A DNA stretch of 64,000 nucleotides from Eledone cirrhosa. Its lineage: Eukaryota. Under the pieces are notes generated by a model. It worked only from the letters and a program-made list of their open reading frames with translations, made no database searches and had not been told where the DNA came from. Position numbers and translations under genes: made by a program. Within the stretch, counting starts at the first letter, position 1. The number at the start of each line of letters is the position of its first letter. This document shows positions 35,955 through 49,197 of this stretch, in pieces. The stretch lies in contig OZ024745.1 of assembly GCA_964016885.1 (NCBI GenBank), positions 48,112,001-48,176,000 of the forward strand, read 5' to 3'.

Positions 35955-36143
35955 TAATTGTTTCTACTTTTTGGCTCAAGGCCAGCAATTACGCAGTGCA
36001 TTACTGGTACTTTATTTTATCGACCCCGTAATGATGAAAGGCAAAGTTAACCTCGGCGGGATTTGAACTCAGAATGGCAAGGGCCGTAACTCTATGCGTC
36101 AAAGATGGCGTCCGACCCTCTACCGATACTGCCAATCTACCGA
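35955..36143 (-). mobile_element. Nin/Deu-core SINE, inverted relative to its neighbour
   Basis: Reverse complement of the same family. Confidence 0.8.
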
Positions 36144-36151
36144 ATAATGTT

Positions 36152-36204
<53 letters not shown>

Positions 36205-36208
<4 letters not shown>

Positions 36209-36301
36209 GTGTCCCAAGAAATGTATACATACAATGATGACCTGTACAGGCAATATTTTTTTGACTGCTGTTGAAGTGTGTACAACTTTTTGGGCACCCT
36301 G
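36205..36301. mobile_element. Tc1/mariner-type MITE
   Basis: TIRs CAGGGTGTCCCAAGAAA / TTTTTGGGCACCCTG followed by TA. Confidence 0.65.
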
Positions 36302-36399
36302 TATATATGTGAGAGAGAGAGAGAGCAATTGCATAGTGGAAGAGTCACTTTAGCCATTCCCCCTCCCCACCAAAAGCCCTGTTAATATCAGCGTCAGAC

Positions 36400-36555
36400 A
36401 CCATGCTTTGCAACATAGAGTTATGGCCCTTTACATTCTGAGTTCAAATCCCGCCGAGGTTAAGCTTTGCCTTTCATCCTTACGGGGTCGATAAAATAAA
36501 GCAGCATTAATGCACCGGGGTAATTGCTGCCCTTGTGCCAATAATAGAAACAACT
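36400..36555 (+). mobile_element. Nin/Deu-core SINE (partial)
   Basis: Family core present. Confidence 0.7.
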
Positions 36556-37044
36556 ATTTATTTGCTGGTGTCAAAACTTTGGGGGTTTTTTGAGAGGCTA
36601 AAATAACTGTTTCGTAATCAACAGATTAAGTCCAACACTCACAAGTACAACACTCACTATGTTTATATATACATATATATTCTCTCTTTCTCATATGCAC
36701 TTATGAATGAATGGTGATAGTGTTTTCACGAGTTAATTATAATATGTAGTTATTTTTTATCCATCTATATTTATATGAATATTTGCGTATTTAAATTAAA
36801 ATATTAAAATTATAGCTATTTTATTTCTGTTACTTACACATTCCCCAAAAGTCCTCGGGTTATGATAAGTCACTCACTAGAATTTCGCAGTATTATGTTG
36901 CGTTTTCTGCATTTTTGTGAAAGTCAACTTCTCAAGATTGGTGTTAAGGAATTTAATGACATAAGGACATTCTCAGTGATAACGGCTGCACACTTAAATA
37001 ACAACAGCAAATTTTCCTTTCTATATTTGATCAGTGAAGATCGT

Positions 37045-37565
37045 AGTTTAATGGATAGACTGTTCAGTTCACGATCATAAGGTCTTGAGTTCAATTTCTG
37101 GTGGTGCGTTGGGTCTTTGTGTTAGACACTTTATTTTACGTTATTCCAGTTCACTCAGATGGGAAAGAGTGAGCTGTACCTGTAAATTCAAAGGACCAGC
37201 TTTGTCACAAATTGTGTTGCGTTGAATCTCCCCGAGAACTACGTTGAGGGTACACATGTCTGGGAAATGCTCAGTCACTTGCACGGTAATTTCATAAGTA
37301 GGCTGTTCTGTTGCCTAACGGTAAGAGTGTCGGACTTACGATCAGATTCCTGGACTGGCTTTTGTGTTCTACTCTTGAGCAAAACACTTCATTTCACGTT
37401 GCTCCAGTATACTCAGCCGAAAATCTGCACCAGCAATAGCTGGGGGTTTCACCCTGCAATGGACTGGTGTCCTGCCCAGTGGAGAAACTTGTATTCTCAG
37501 TCGCTGAACGCTACGGAAACCTGGATAAACACCAGCCTTATGAGCCTTTGGGTTTGAGACAGACT
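37045..37565 (+). mobile_element. Two tRNA-derived SINEs of a second (CORE/V/Meta-like) family
   Basis: Box-B-like GAGTTCAATT and CTTGAGCAA(A/G)ACACTT...TTGCTCCAGT..ACTCAGC core; similar copies at ~46707, ~47530 and ~53700. Confidence 0.55.
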
Positions 37566-38197
37566 TTAGACATTTTTAGGCTGTTCTGTTGAGCAAACAA
37601 CTGGAGCACTCGTCGTCGTAAACAGCAAAGGTCCAACAACAATATTTGTTCAATTGTTTTTGCAATGTTTGTGTATATTGGTTAATATATTCACAATTTA
37701 TTCTTTGATTTTGTGGATATATATATATACATGAGTCAGTCTTAAAACCTATCCTAATGCTATATTAAGCAAACCCATTTTACCCCAGAAACCACCAATT
37801 GCTTCTTATTTTTCTAATCTAATACATTTCAAATTCGGTTAAATTAGTTCAACCAAAATTGAAAACATCCTCTGTATCTTAATTGTTTATATGGTCATCA
37901 AAAGTTCATGGTTTTTGTATTAGAAGACATCTCTATAGTTCGTAGTTCTGTCACATCGACACACAGTGTTGTTGGCGTTGGCATGGCATAGCTATAATCT
38001 GTGCCACCCGAGGCAGCCCTTTGAATTTTCTGCCCCTCCATCCCTGACAAAAAATACAGCATATTTCACAGTGACTTCCTTTTAAAATGCCCCACCTCAC
38101 ATAACAGAGCCGCTCGGTGCTACTGATCGCTAGAGAAATGTAACACTATTTTCTTGGCTTTTCAAACTATAGTACTGATTTAATTAAGATATTCACT

Positions 38198-40063
38198 ATG
38201 GTCACCCGGATAGTAAACCAAGTCATACAGAACGGGGTCATACCAAATGACTGGCGTAGCAGCATCATCATTAACTGCTACAAGGTTAAAGGAGATGCCC
38301 TAGATAGGGGAAACTATATAGGCATTAAATTAATTGACCAGGTCATGAAGGTCACAGAAAAAGTTATAGCGCAACTAATCAGAGAGCAAATTGATCTAGA
38401 TGAAATGCAGTTTGGGTTTGTGTCAGGTAAAAGTACCACAGACGCCCTTTTCCTTGTACGATAACTACAGGAGAAGTACCTAGCTAAAGGTAAACCCCTA
38501 TACTTAGCTTTTGTTGACTTGGAGAAAGCACACGACAGCGGCCCCGGGCCATTATCTGGTTGGCCCTTAGAAAACTAGAGGTTGATGAATGGCTTGTGAG
38601 AGCTATACAAGCCATGTATAAATATACGGTTAGCAAGGTTAGAATTAACAACGAATATAGTGAAGAATTAAGTGTAAAAGTTAGTGTTCATCAGGGCTCT
38701 GTCCTTAGTCCCCTCCTATTTATTATTGCCCTTTAGGCTATAACAGAGGAGTTCAAGATCGGCTGTCCATGGGAACTTCTATATGCAGATGATCTAACGC
38801 TCATAGCTGAATCAATGGCTGAACTAGAGAAGAAATTCCAAACATGGAAGCATGGCCTAGAATCAAAAGGCCTTAAAGTTAACTTGTCTAAGACTAAAGT
38901 TCTAGTATGTAGTTCAGTGTGTAGGAAGGGAATAGGCAGAAACTCCATTTTATGTCCCAAATGCAAAGTATGGGTGTATAAAAGATGTAGTGGGATCACA
39001 GGTAAGCTATCTAAAAACGTAGATTTTATATGTGGCCGGTGCTCAGGTGCAATAAGTAGCAAGTGCCCACAGGATACTAGCTCCTTCTATTGCACAGATG
39101 GTCCTATAGAAATAGTGGACACCTTCCATTACCTGGGTGACAAAATCAGCAGTGGTGGAGGGTGCTCTGAAAGTACAGTAGCCAGAGTCAGAACGGGATA
39201 GAAAAAGTTCAGAGAGCTTATACCACTATTGGCCACTAAAGGTTTCTCTCTAAAAATGAAAGGCAGGCTGTATGATGCCTGCATACGAACAGCAATGTTA
39301 CATGGCAGTGAGACATGGGCATTGTGTGCAGAGGATCTGCGCAGATTGGAGAGGAACGAAGCATGTATGCTCCGCTGGATGTGTAATCGTAATATACGTG
39401 AACAGCAAAGCATAAATGAACTAAGTGAGAAATTAGGTATAAGAGGTATCAGATGCTGTTTACTCGAGAGAAGACTACGTTGGTATGGTCACGTGATGCG
39501 CATGAAAGACGATAGCTGTATAAAAAAGTGCATGGCGATCAAAATTGATGGAAGTTATGGAGTAGGTAGATCCAGAAAAACCTGGGACGATTTGATAAAT
39601 TTCGACCTTACACACTTACACCTCTCTAAGACAATGTCACTGGACCGAGATCTTTGGCGCTACGCAGTAATACAGAAAACCCGCCTTGCCTAAGTACAAA
39701 GCGAAACCTGCAGTCAGTAGGCACCTCTTAATCAAATATACACCCCTATCCCACTACCCCAACTCCCCTACCCCCATCAACATCACCCCTTTCTCTGTGA
39801 AGTTATGTTGGTACCATCTATCCTAAATAAATGAGGTCGTGTAGGTGTCACGACAAAAAAAACACACTCCACGCTGTAATGTGGCCGTGTAGGTAACAAG
39901 GTAAAAACCTCCCAGTCCACACTGTAAACGTGGTTGGTGTTAGGAAGGGCATCCAGCCATAGTAAACTTGCCAGACAGTCCTATACGAGCGAGACACGGT
40001 CTCCCAACCAATCTTGCCTCAAGTGAGACAATTCCCATCTAAACCCTAGATGATGATGATGAT
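38198..40063 (+). mobile_element. 5'-truncated, disrupted RTE LINE with (GAT)n tail
   Basis: RT motifs QFGF, YADD, LHGSETW and RLRWYGHV, with stops and frameshifts; TSD GATAT(T/C)CACT at 38188-97 and 40061-70. Confidence 0.9.
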
Positions 40064-40494
40064 ATCCACTTTTCCTAGCTTACAACTACAACATATGGTA
40101 GCTGTTTAATGGTCACCTTTTCCATTTTCCCCCGCACAAACATTTTTTGGGGCTTCACTCGTAGTGGTGTCATCCCTAAGTGGAGTGACAAATTTAAGGA
40201 AGCTTTTCCTCTACTTTAGATAATTCATAAGTCTTTTATCGAACATCTATTTTCTGTTTCTGATTAAAGTTTAAGCAAAGAATCGCTGCTTTCACCCTTA
40301 ACGGGATCTTCTGAAACTAAAAAAATCAATCTGTGAACGCAGAAGTAAATATTTCGAAAAACGTTATACACTATATATATATATATACACACTATATATA
40401 TACATATATACATACACACACACAGATAGCGTCATAATGTCGTAATGCAGACAGCCATACATACAGACAGATATAAGGGCGCGACATTATAGCT

Positions 40495-40705
40495 ATATAT
40501 CTATCTAAAAAGACAGACTAAGAGAGATAGCTAAACGGCGTCTAATGCGGTCCCTAGGGCATTGAAAATTTGAAATATCTTTTGTTCAAAACACTCACAC
40601 GACCATAAGTATTACATGTGTAAAGTTTGAAAACAATCGGTTGGGTGGTTCTCGAGTTTTAGGGAGTCAGACAGACAGACATTCTCTGTTTTAGATATAT
40701 AGATA
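40495..40705. mobile_element. Helitron/Helentron-like non-autonomous repeat end
   Basis: AAAGTTTGAAAACAATCGGTTG...(CAGA)n...TTTTAGATATATAGAT motif, resembling such elements. Confidence 0.4.
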
Positions 40706-40929
40706 AATAATATATATAAATAAATGTTATATATTTTTGATTTTACTATATTTATATATATAATATGTATCATTTAATATTTAATATACTATTATATCAT
40801 CTTTACCACCACCTCACCGACCTGAACCCTCTACTTTTATCGCTCAACTATACAAAATAAAAACAAAACGCAAAAAAAAATAACTCTGTAAACGGGATGT
40901 CTTTTATAATCTTCAGTATTCTACACAGC

Positions 40930-41345
40930 AGGCATTCATTTTTGACTGTGTTGTCTGTTGTAAGGAGTGTAGCTTTTACTATGCCGTTCCTCAGAACCAT
41001 CCTAGACGTGTTGGGTGAAGTTGTGCTCGCCTGTTGATTTGCCAGGACGAAATCCTACTTGCTCAGAGATGAGGCGTTCAACTTCTACTGTCACTATTCA
41101 GCTGAGGATTAGATGCTCAAATAGCTTATTGCTGTGTCCGAGAAGTGAGATCGAGTTGTAGCTTTGGGGAATTTGTGGGTCTTTTCCTGGTTTCAACAGT
41201 GCTATTACACAAACCGCTTTCCAGACTTTAGGTAATTTATATATTGTTAAACAATGATTGTATATCTCTAGGAGTCACAGGTCCGAAATTCGTCATCTTT
41301 TCACTCAGATCGCAATGTTATCCTTGTATGCCTTTCTTGTAGTAA
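40930..41345 (-). mobile_element. Old non-LTR RT remnant (Ingi/I-like)
   Basis: PKVWKAVCVIALLKPGKDPQIPQSYNSISLL...KLFEHL and QVGFRPGKS. Confidence 0.6.
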
Positions 41346-41995
41346 ACGTGAAATCGCAGTTTCCGTCTTTTACAGTGGTCTTGTGTAACTAGGGTATACA
41401 CCACTTTTGATACGGTCTTTCTTGGTGTTATTCTTAATAACGAACAACTTCGTCTGCAGTGACCTTTTGTTGTTGAAGCACAGCTTTAAAATCCCCAGTA
41501 TCTTTCTTTCTGATTTGTTTTTTCTCGATAATTTCGATATGAAAAACATTAGCTTATGCCAGAAGGACAATATATTAACAACGTAAAAGGTGTTTTTTCA
41601 TGCTATCTTACTGCAATGATTAACTTCCATTTTCGTTCTCATCAGAAATTTCATATACTTTTTGGATTTCTCCAACATAAATGATAAGTAATTTATTGTT
41701 GATTTGAATAACAATACATAGAAAGGCTGTTCTTGATATATGTATCAAAGTAGTTATATATTAAGAATGATAGCCAAAGACAGTGTAATACTCTCAGTAG
41801 GTTTGACGATTGTTCTTAGTACTTTAGTAAAATGTAGTACCTCTAGTATTTGAAAAACAGAATCAAGTCCATTTCTCCAACTATATTCTTCTAATGTTTT
41901 GTAATTCTTCATACTTTTAATTTGAATTTGTCCAAAACACCCTAAAACTAATTTCTTGCCTTATTTTTTTTTTTTAGGAGCAATGTAAAATCGTA

Positions 41996-42575
41996 AATTG
42001 TGGAGATACTTTGTCAGGAATGTTCGACTGTGGTAGCAATGATGGTGATGAGCTCACATACATGCTACCTTTTCTCCCTGTCTTCTCCCAATGTTATTTC
42101 GCTACTAAAACACTTTCTTCTCTTTTAAACTAGCTACCTGTATACCCTTCTCTATCCAGACACGTTCGTTCTACTCATCTCCCCTCTTTCTGTCATCTTT
42201 ATAGTAGCTTACTTTTCAATTTCTTATAAAACATTCAGGTCAATCCCCACTCTTTGGAATTTACCCCCCCCCCCTCTACGTTTTCCGTACAGACTTCTAC
42301 TCGTTGTTGACGTTCAACATGAACAACAACGGCATCAATCTGACCAGCCAGGGAGGACCTGCAAGTGTCATAGGAATTGGCCCTTCCCATTCTCTGGCTA
42401 TCTTATAAAAAAATAATGCAATAAATTAGTTTTAGGGTATACAGGTAGCTAGTTTAAAAGAGCAGAAAGTGTTTTAGTAGCGAAATAACATTGGGAGAAA
42501 AGGTAGCATGTATGTGAGTTCATCATCTTCATTGCTACCACAGTCGAACATTTCTGACAAAGTCTCTCCACAATT
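41996..42575. repeat. Inverted repeat with ~145-bp arms (foldback/MITE-like)
   Basis: 41996-42148 matches the reverse complement of 42434-42575, with a few substitutions and one indel. Confidence 0.8.
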
Positions 42576-42585
42576 CATTATTTTC

Positions 42586-42773
42586 GGTCGATTGGCAGTA
42601 TCGGTAGAGGGTCGGACGCCATGCTTTGCAGCACAGTTACGTCCCTTTACGGACTGAGTTCAAATCCCGCCGAGGTTAACTTTGCCTTTCATCCTTACGG
42701 GGTCGATTAAATAAAGTACCAGTAAAACACTGGGATAATTGCTGGCCTTGTGCCAAAAAGTAGAAACAATTAT
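42586..42773 (+). mobile_element. Nin/Deu-core SINE with TSD ATTATTTTC
   Basis: Family consensus; TSD at 42577-85 and 42769-77. Confidence 0.8.
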
Positions 42774-42788
42774 TTTCCATTGCTCCTG

Positions 42789-43205
42789 TCAACTGTTCCC
42801 TACTGAGGCTTGTATCACTTGAGAGTTGACCGATGAAGGTTCGAGTAGATCTTCTTCTACTGCATCTCCCATGTTTGGTTCCCACAATAGTAGCTTGTGT
42901 ATAATGTCCTGCTTACTTCTCCAGCAATGTCCTGCAAATCGTAACCGTCTTTGGGCAATTGTAGTTATCTTGAGCAAGTTTTGATATAAACTTCCATTTG
43001 TAATACGTTGACGCCAGTTTGTTTTGTACAACCCTAGCATTTTAGTGTCAAGAACACTGACTCAACTGATGTTCTGAAGAATATTTTGATTTTTCTAGGT
43101 AGATCTGACTCCCATATCCTTTCCATTTTGTTCATTGTAGCTCAGACTTTGGAAATTCTAATGTCAATGTCCTTTTTGGATGAACTCGTCCAGCAGACTA
43201 AATAT
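42789..43205 (-). mobile_element. RTE remnant
   Basis: QRRLRFAGHCWRS...LLLWEP. Confidence 0.65.
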
Positions 43206-43213
43206 AGAAAATC

Positions 43214-43300
<87 letters not shown>

Positions 43301-44557
43301 TGTGAGCGTGCGTGTGTATGTTGAACCTCCGTCACTTTCGACTATGAATGTTCCAACGGATTATTTATATTTTAATTAATTTCAATAGAGAAGATTGATT
43401 TGTAAAACGAGTAAATCATAAAACGAGCTCGGTCATGGAACGAATTAAACTCGGACTGGGAGGTATCACTGTATATAAATTTAATGTCTTAACAACTATT
43501 CTGTTAAATTTTCTTTTAGACAGGACATCTTCATTGATGTTTTTCCTAGATTAAATAAATATATTATTTTAAGACATTTTAACATATGCTGCATATTCAT
43601 TGCGTCATCATTTTTTTCTCTTCCATTTCTCTTCAATATCGTCATATCTCGGTAGAATTCTTCAATAATTTTAGAACAAAGCAACGTTTTTCTGAAATTC
43701 TTTATTACTACTCTCCCTCTTAATACTTTTACTGTGTGGATGGACTGCTACATATATTAAGTTTGCTGCCCCAACCTACTTAAATCTTAATTTACAATGG
43801 TGGCTACTATCTATAGATGTCAGAATTGCTGCTCAAAGAAACTTATCTGTATGCTTATTAAGTGTTTACAGTGTTTATCCTCGACTTCATAACTAATTTT
43901 AGTCTTTTAATATGTTTTTTTTTAATGGAGAGCTGGAGACTGACAAGAAGCAGTATACAGTTAGACAAAGTAACTTGAGGCATTTAGTTATACTGAGATT
44001 TATTCAGTAGCGCAGCTACGGAAACGAGGGAGGCGGTCTGCTCTAAAGGACACGTGATATGGTTTTTACGTGTGTGTGTGTGTGTCAAAGGAGGGGGATA
44101 AACTGAAGGGCAGACCCCGGGTAGTAAAGCTCGAGTTATTCTACCGGCATTTCGTTATGATCCTTTACGTTCTGAGCTCAAATCCCACCAAGCTCAACTT
44201 TGCCTTTCAGCCTTCTGAGGTCAATAAAATGAAGCACAAGTGATCGATACAATCGACTTTCCCCTCCCCATAAATTGCTGGCCCTGTTTCTAATTTAGAA
44301 ATCATTATTACAATTTACTATTAAGTTTAAAATTAGGAAAAAATATTTATAATCAAAGTTCCTTTTAATCTCAGTTATCAGAGGAGCAAAATTGACTACT
44401 ATAGTGTACCTAATTCTGGATTTATTTCGTATTTCGGCAAAATGGAAAAGAATAATTGATTATACCAATCCTTATCTTATTGGTTGGTAATTATTTTTAT
44501 CAAACATAAAATTAGAAAAAAATAAAGTTGACTTGACATTCTCTTGTATTATATAAT

Positions 44558-44724
44558 TTACAGAGTGAGCTGGGTGTATTTTATCATGACACTAGCACTA
44601 CCACTTTACTGAGTGGGCTGGGTGTATTTTATCATGACACTAGCACTACCACTTTACAGAGTGGGCTGGGTGTATTTTATCATGACACTAGCACTACCAC
44701 TTTACAGAGTGGGCTGGGTGTATT
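44558..44724. repeat. 48-bp minisatellite x3.5
   Basis: GAGTG at 44563, 44611, 44659 and 44707. Confidence 0.9.
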
Positions 44725-44772
44725 CAATTGTGGAAAAAAATTTTAAATTATCCTTTTTCTTTCATTTTCCAG

Positions 44773-44843
44773 TAAAAATACGCGTATTTGTGTTAACTGA
44801 AAAGATGTATGTTAGCCTGTACCCAGTACAAGTAACTATAAAG
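44773..44843 (+). CDS. C3/A2M-family exon (MG2)
   Basis: TTTTCATTTTCCAG acceptor, AAG|GTACTG donor; 71 nt, phase 1->0. Encodes (V)KIRVFVLTEKMYVSLYPVQVTIK. Confidence 0.8.
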
Positions 44844-44993
44844 GTACTGTTTATAGTTTTATTTAATATTATTGATTGTTGATTTACACACTTTTAATTC
44901 ATGGCCATTGAGATGTTGATGTCGCCTAATTTACTTTTTAGAAATGATGACATAGAATACACACGTATGTGTGTGTGTATGTATGTATGTATG

Positions 44994-45459
44994 TTCTTCT
45001 GGTTTTATAATTTCACAAAGTTTTACCAATAGAGAGAGAGTTGGTTTCTAACATAGACACAAGACTCTCTCATTGGAATTTACACATCAACTAGGTAGAT
45101 ATGTATGTATGCATGTGTAGATATGGATGTTATTGTATGTGTGGATGTGTATGTTTTGAGTTGTATGTGTGCATGTGTATATGCTTTGTATCTGTACATG
45201 TGTATATGCAGTTATTAGATGCAACATTTTTGGAATGTTTTACATATTTTTACTGTTCCATTAATGGATTGTACTTGTAATTTCCTAACTAGTTGTGTGC
45301 TTTCTGTTCTTGTGAAGCCTAGCTTCTCAAGATTTGTATTGAGGCAGTTACTAACATATAATCACAGGCATAAATCTGAAGGTGTAATCAGGGTGGAGTA
45401 TCTGCAGATTTCTCATCAGTTCTACATAAATGTTCTCCTTTTTTTCATTTTTTCCTTTA
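44994..45459 (-). mobile_element. Short 3' copy of the R4/Dong-like element
   Basis: High similarity to ~6531-7000; flanked on both sides by (TATG)n. Confidence 0.85.
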
Positions 45460-47112
45460 CGTATGTATGTATGTATGTATGTATGTATGTATGCATGTAG
45501 TACAAGAAATGGCAAGACAAACACAGAGATGTAAAAACACAGTCTTATGAAAAATATTATTTGTAAATACAGTTTAATTGAAAAAGAAAAAAAGAAAATT
45601 TAGATTAAGAAGAAAGAAGGAAATGTAAAATAGGAAAATATAAAGAAAGAAAAAAACGGAGGAGGGAGGGAATGGCAAGGGCTTTAGTGTCACAGAAGAA
45701 TGGGGAGGGTGATTGGGCCAAGGGTGCGGCGATAATGGTACTGCGCCCCGTGGACAAGACTGCAAAAGCATTCCCGCAGACAATGGCCCGCAACACCTGC
45801 TGTAACATTTGTTTATATTTTCACAGCAAGGATACCTACATTAAATTTATCTCAGATTTCTAATCTTTTAAGTCACTTCACATATTTTATTAATATGATA
45901 GTTTTATATTTGATGTTCTCAATGAAATGGATGTAAGTTAGAGCCTCCATTAATGCTCCTACACATTTCTTCAAAATGTTCAATGTTGTATGAGTGCTAT
46001 GGAATTCAAAGGCTTGCATATCACATTAAAATTTCATCTTTAAAAAATTTTCAGCAAAGAATGAATCATATCAGATTTCAGGTCAAAATGAACTTTATTT
46101 TTTTATGAAATGTTTCTAAGTAGTTGATAGTTAGTTGTTGGGGCATGGAACAAAGTTTTATATTAATTTGTTCCAGTTCTCTGTTTTCAAATCCTGCGCC
46201 AAGGCCAACTTTGCCTTTCATCCTTTTGATGTTGATGAAATAAAATACCAGTTCAGGATGGTGAATTAACATGGTATTTGTTCCAGTTTTTTGTATTCTG
46301 TGTTCAAATCCTACTATGCCTTTCTTTGGTGGTTGACTTAATCTATTGCTCAAATTGATACCACAAAATTTGACCTTTGGTGCCTTTATCAGAGTCCACT
46401 GTGTTGCAAACATTTAGATGATATCTCTAGTTTGAGGATACCTTCCTTTTGCTCTTCTACTCATCTTGGAAACCTTAAAACAAGTCATGAACCCTGTCTT
46501 CTTTCCCTGACTAAATGGTAAAATAAAGAGCCTAAAGAATGGATTGCTGTTCTCATAAAAACTATAAAGGAGATGGAGATTCACAATGTCTTTTGAGACC
46601 AAGAGAAATTCAGATATGTTGAACTTTTCAACATATAATGAATAAATTTCATTCTTAACTTCCCTCTTTTCAAGTTGTGTGCAATAAAGACAAAGTTAAT
46701 AGTTTAGTACATGGTTTAGTGATTAGAACATTGGCCTTGCAATCAAAAGGTTGTGAGTTCAATTCTCAGACCGGGTGATGTGTTTCCTTGAACAAGACAC
46801 TTTATTTCACATTGCTCCAGTTTACTCAGCTGTAGAAATGAGATGATAGGACTAGGGTCCCTATCATTCCACTGCAAAGTGGTCGTGGAGGTGCCATGGC
46901 AAAAAAGTTTAGCAGTATTAGTTGTAGATGTTATCGCCACTTTAGCAGGGTGGTAGAATCAGTGGTCGTTAGTTGCCAGTGTGGTAAGTGATAGTATCCT
47001 CGTTGGATTATCTTGTTGACATAGACGTGAGGGAAGGTCCCTCGATCTATTTACCATCTATTCACAATATTCCTTTCGTCAGGTCGCCAATTCCAGCAGC
47101 ATGGATTAAAGA

Positions 47113-47393
47113 TGTTATTGAGACACGAGTAACATAACAACGACTTCAACCGCAGTAATTAGAGATGAAATGTTTGTTTATTTATATGGTTGAAGTTACA
47201 GATACAAAGAGGTTACAAAATGGAATGTGCCATTGCGCCGTTAAGCCGGCGAGGCTAGTGGTGCAATATCTCACTGTTACATTATGCGTGTTGCTGGCTC
47301 GAAGTTTCTGGTACAAGAGCGAGATTCTTCAAATCTTCGCGGTGAATTTCTTCCTCAGGGCGCGTGTGAGCCCGCGGAATGTAGGTCACTACA
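47113..47393 (-). mobile_element. Possible LTR fragment
   Basis: TG...CA ends with an imperfect IR, AATAAA on the minus strand, and nearby TGGCGACC PBS-like motif (47082-89); CpG-richer than flanks. Confidence 0.35.
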
Positions 47394-48195
47394 AAAGCAC
47401 CCAGCACTCACTGAAAATGAGGTTGGTGTTAGGAAGGGCATCCAGCTGTAGAAATCAAGCCAGAATCAGTCCCACCCTTGCAAGCAGGGAAAAGCGGACG
47501 TAAAATGATGATGATGATATATAGTGAAAATGCATGATTTAGTGGTTGGGGTGTTTGATTCATAATTATAAAGTTGTGGGTTCAATTCCCGACTGCTAAA
47601 TACTTTATTTTACATTGCTTCAGTTCAATCAGCTGGTAAAAATGAGTCATACTTGTAATTCAAAAGGCCAGTCAAGTCACGCACTGTGTCAAGCTGAATT
47701 TTCCTGAGAACTGTATTAAGGGTACACAAGCAAATTGTCCTATTGTTTGAACAATTGGTACAATCATCATTAGAACCGATGGCGGTCCAACAACAATATA
47801 TACACACTTTCAACAACAATATTCACACATACATACTATAATCTTGTCCGCAGCACCATTGCCACCACGTCCTAGGCCACAAGCCCAATCATCCTCCCCT
47901 TCCCCATTCTTCTGTGACACTAGAGCCCTAGCCATTCCTGTCCTTTTCCATTTTTTAAAAATAATTTCTTATTTTACATTCTATTCTTTCTTCTCAATTT
48001 AATTTCTTTTTTTCTTTTTCTATTAAATTATATTTACAGTCAATAAACTTTTTATTGTATTGAAGAATATAACATAATACATTTTTTGTCTAAATTATAT
48101 AAAAGGAAGATATAAAATAATTTTAGAAAATATTTTAATTTTTGATTTTGTTTGTATTTACCCATGTATTCTACCTTCCAAATATCTATTTTCAG

Positions 48196-48333
48196 AATCC
48201 ATATAATACAACAGTTTATTCAAAAATTTATGAAAGTACTTATCCATATATAAGATTATTCTATTTGGTAAATTCGTCTGCTCCGTTTGGTCTGTGGACT
48301 ATTTCTGTGAAATATGCTCAAAGACATTTTGAG
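48196..48333 (+). CDS. C3/A2M-family exon (MG2)
   Basis: TTTTCAG acceptor, GAG|GTAAAT donor; 138 nt, phase 0->0. Encodes NPYNTTV...APFGLWTISVKYAQRHFE (NP...GxWxI motif). Confidence 0.82.
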
Positions 48334-48945
48334 GTAAATAAATTTTTCTCACATTAATTCCTCTTACAATATTTATTATAAAAATCTGTTCTCCAAAATT
48401 AACTACCTGTTCATGATACAATTCCAAATGTACCTTAACTTTTTATCCTGTGTGATTTTCTCAAGAAAGCTTTAAAACCCAGCAACTTTTGCTCCTTCCT
48501 TTTATACAAAATTTTATCCTCATTCTTCAAACACGATCAAACAGCCATATGGCATTTGACAATTGGAAAACAAATGTTTATATATTTTGTATGTATGGTC
48601 CTGTAACTCCTGATAGTCATAGTGGCGCCCTATTGACATATAGCATTTCTTGGGCATTTTAAGCCTGGCAGAGCCCATCTTTCTCCAGGCCTGAGTATAG
48701 CAGATTTCTTCCAGAGAAAGATAGAAAGTGAGAGAGGAAATGAGAAAGAGATGTAGAGGAAGAATCCACCCCAGTACTAGACTGGTACTTTTTTTGTTGA
48801 CCTTGAAAGGATGAAAAGCAAATTTGACCCCGATGGGATTTGAACTCAGAGAAAGTAGAAGGGGTATTTAATTTGTTGGAGGTCCAACAAATATAAATGT
48901 TTATAACTGATTTAGAGCACTCAACAGTTTCCTGGAGTAAATATT

Positions 48946-49197
48946 CAATGATATTAAATAAATGGAAACTATATTTATAAAACCATATTTATTTTATTAT
49001 ATATATTTCAAGGGTACCAAAACATATTGGTACGCTTTCCTCAGATAAAATACAAACTTTTCATGGGTATGTCTCTATTTATAAAACAAACTTTGTATTT
49101 TATCTGAGGAAAGCGTACCAATATGTTTTGGTACCCTTGAAATATATATAATAAAATAAATATAATTTTATAAATATAGTTTCCATTTATTTAATAT

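Noticed and set aside
43930-43970. LETDKKQYTVRQ resembling the QTDKPIY motif
   Set aside because: No convincing acceptor, and exon 5084-5311 supplies this motif with correct spacing and phase.
44558-44724. Regularly spaced repeat as a CRISPR array
   Set aside because: Units are contiguous with no unique spacers, and the context is eukaryotic.
45870-46025. Minus-strand peptide LMEALTYIH, vaguely kinase-like
   Set aside because: No HRD or other kinase motifs; short and not splice-supported.
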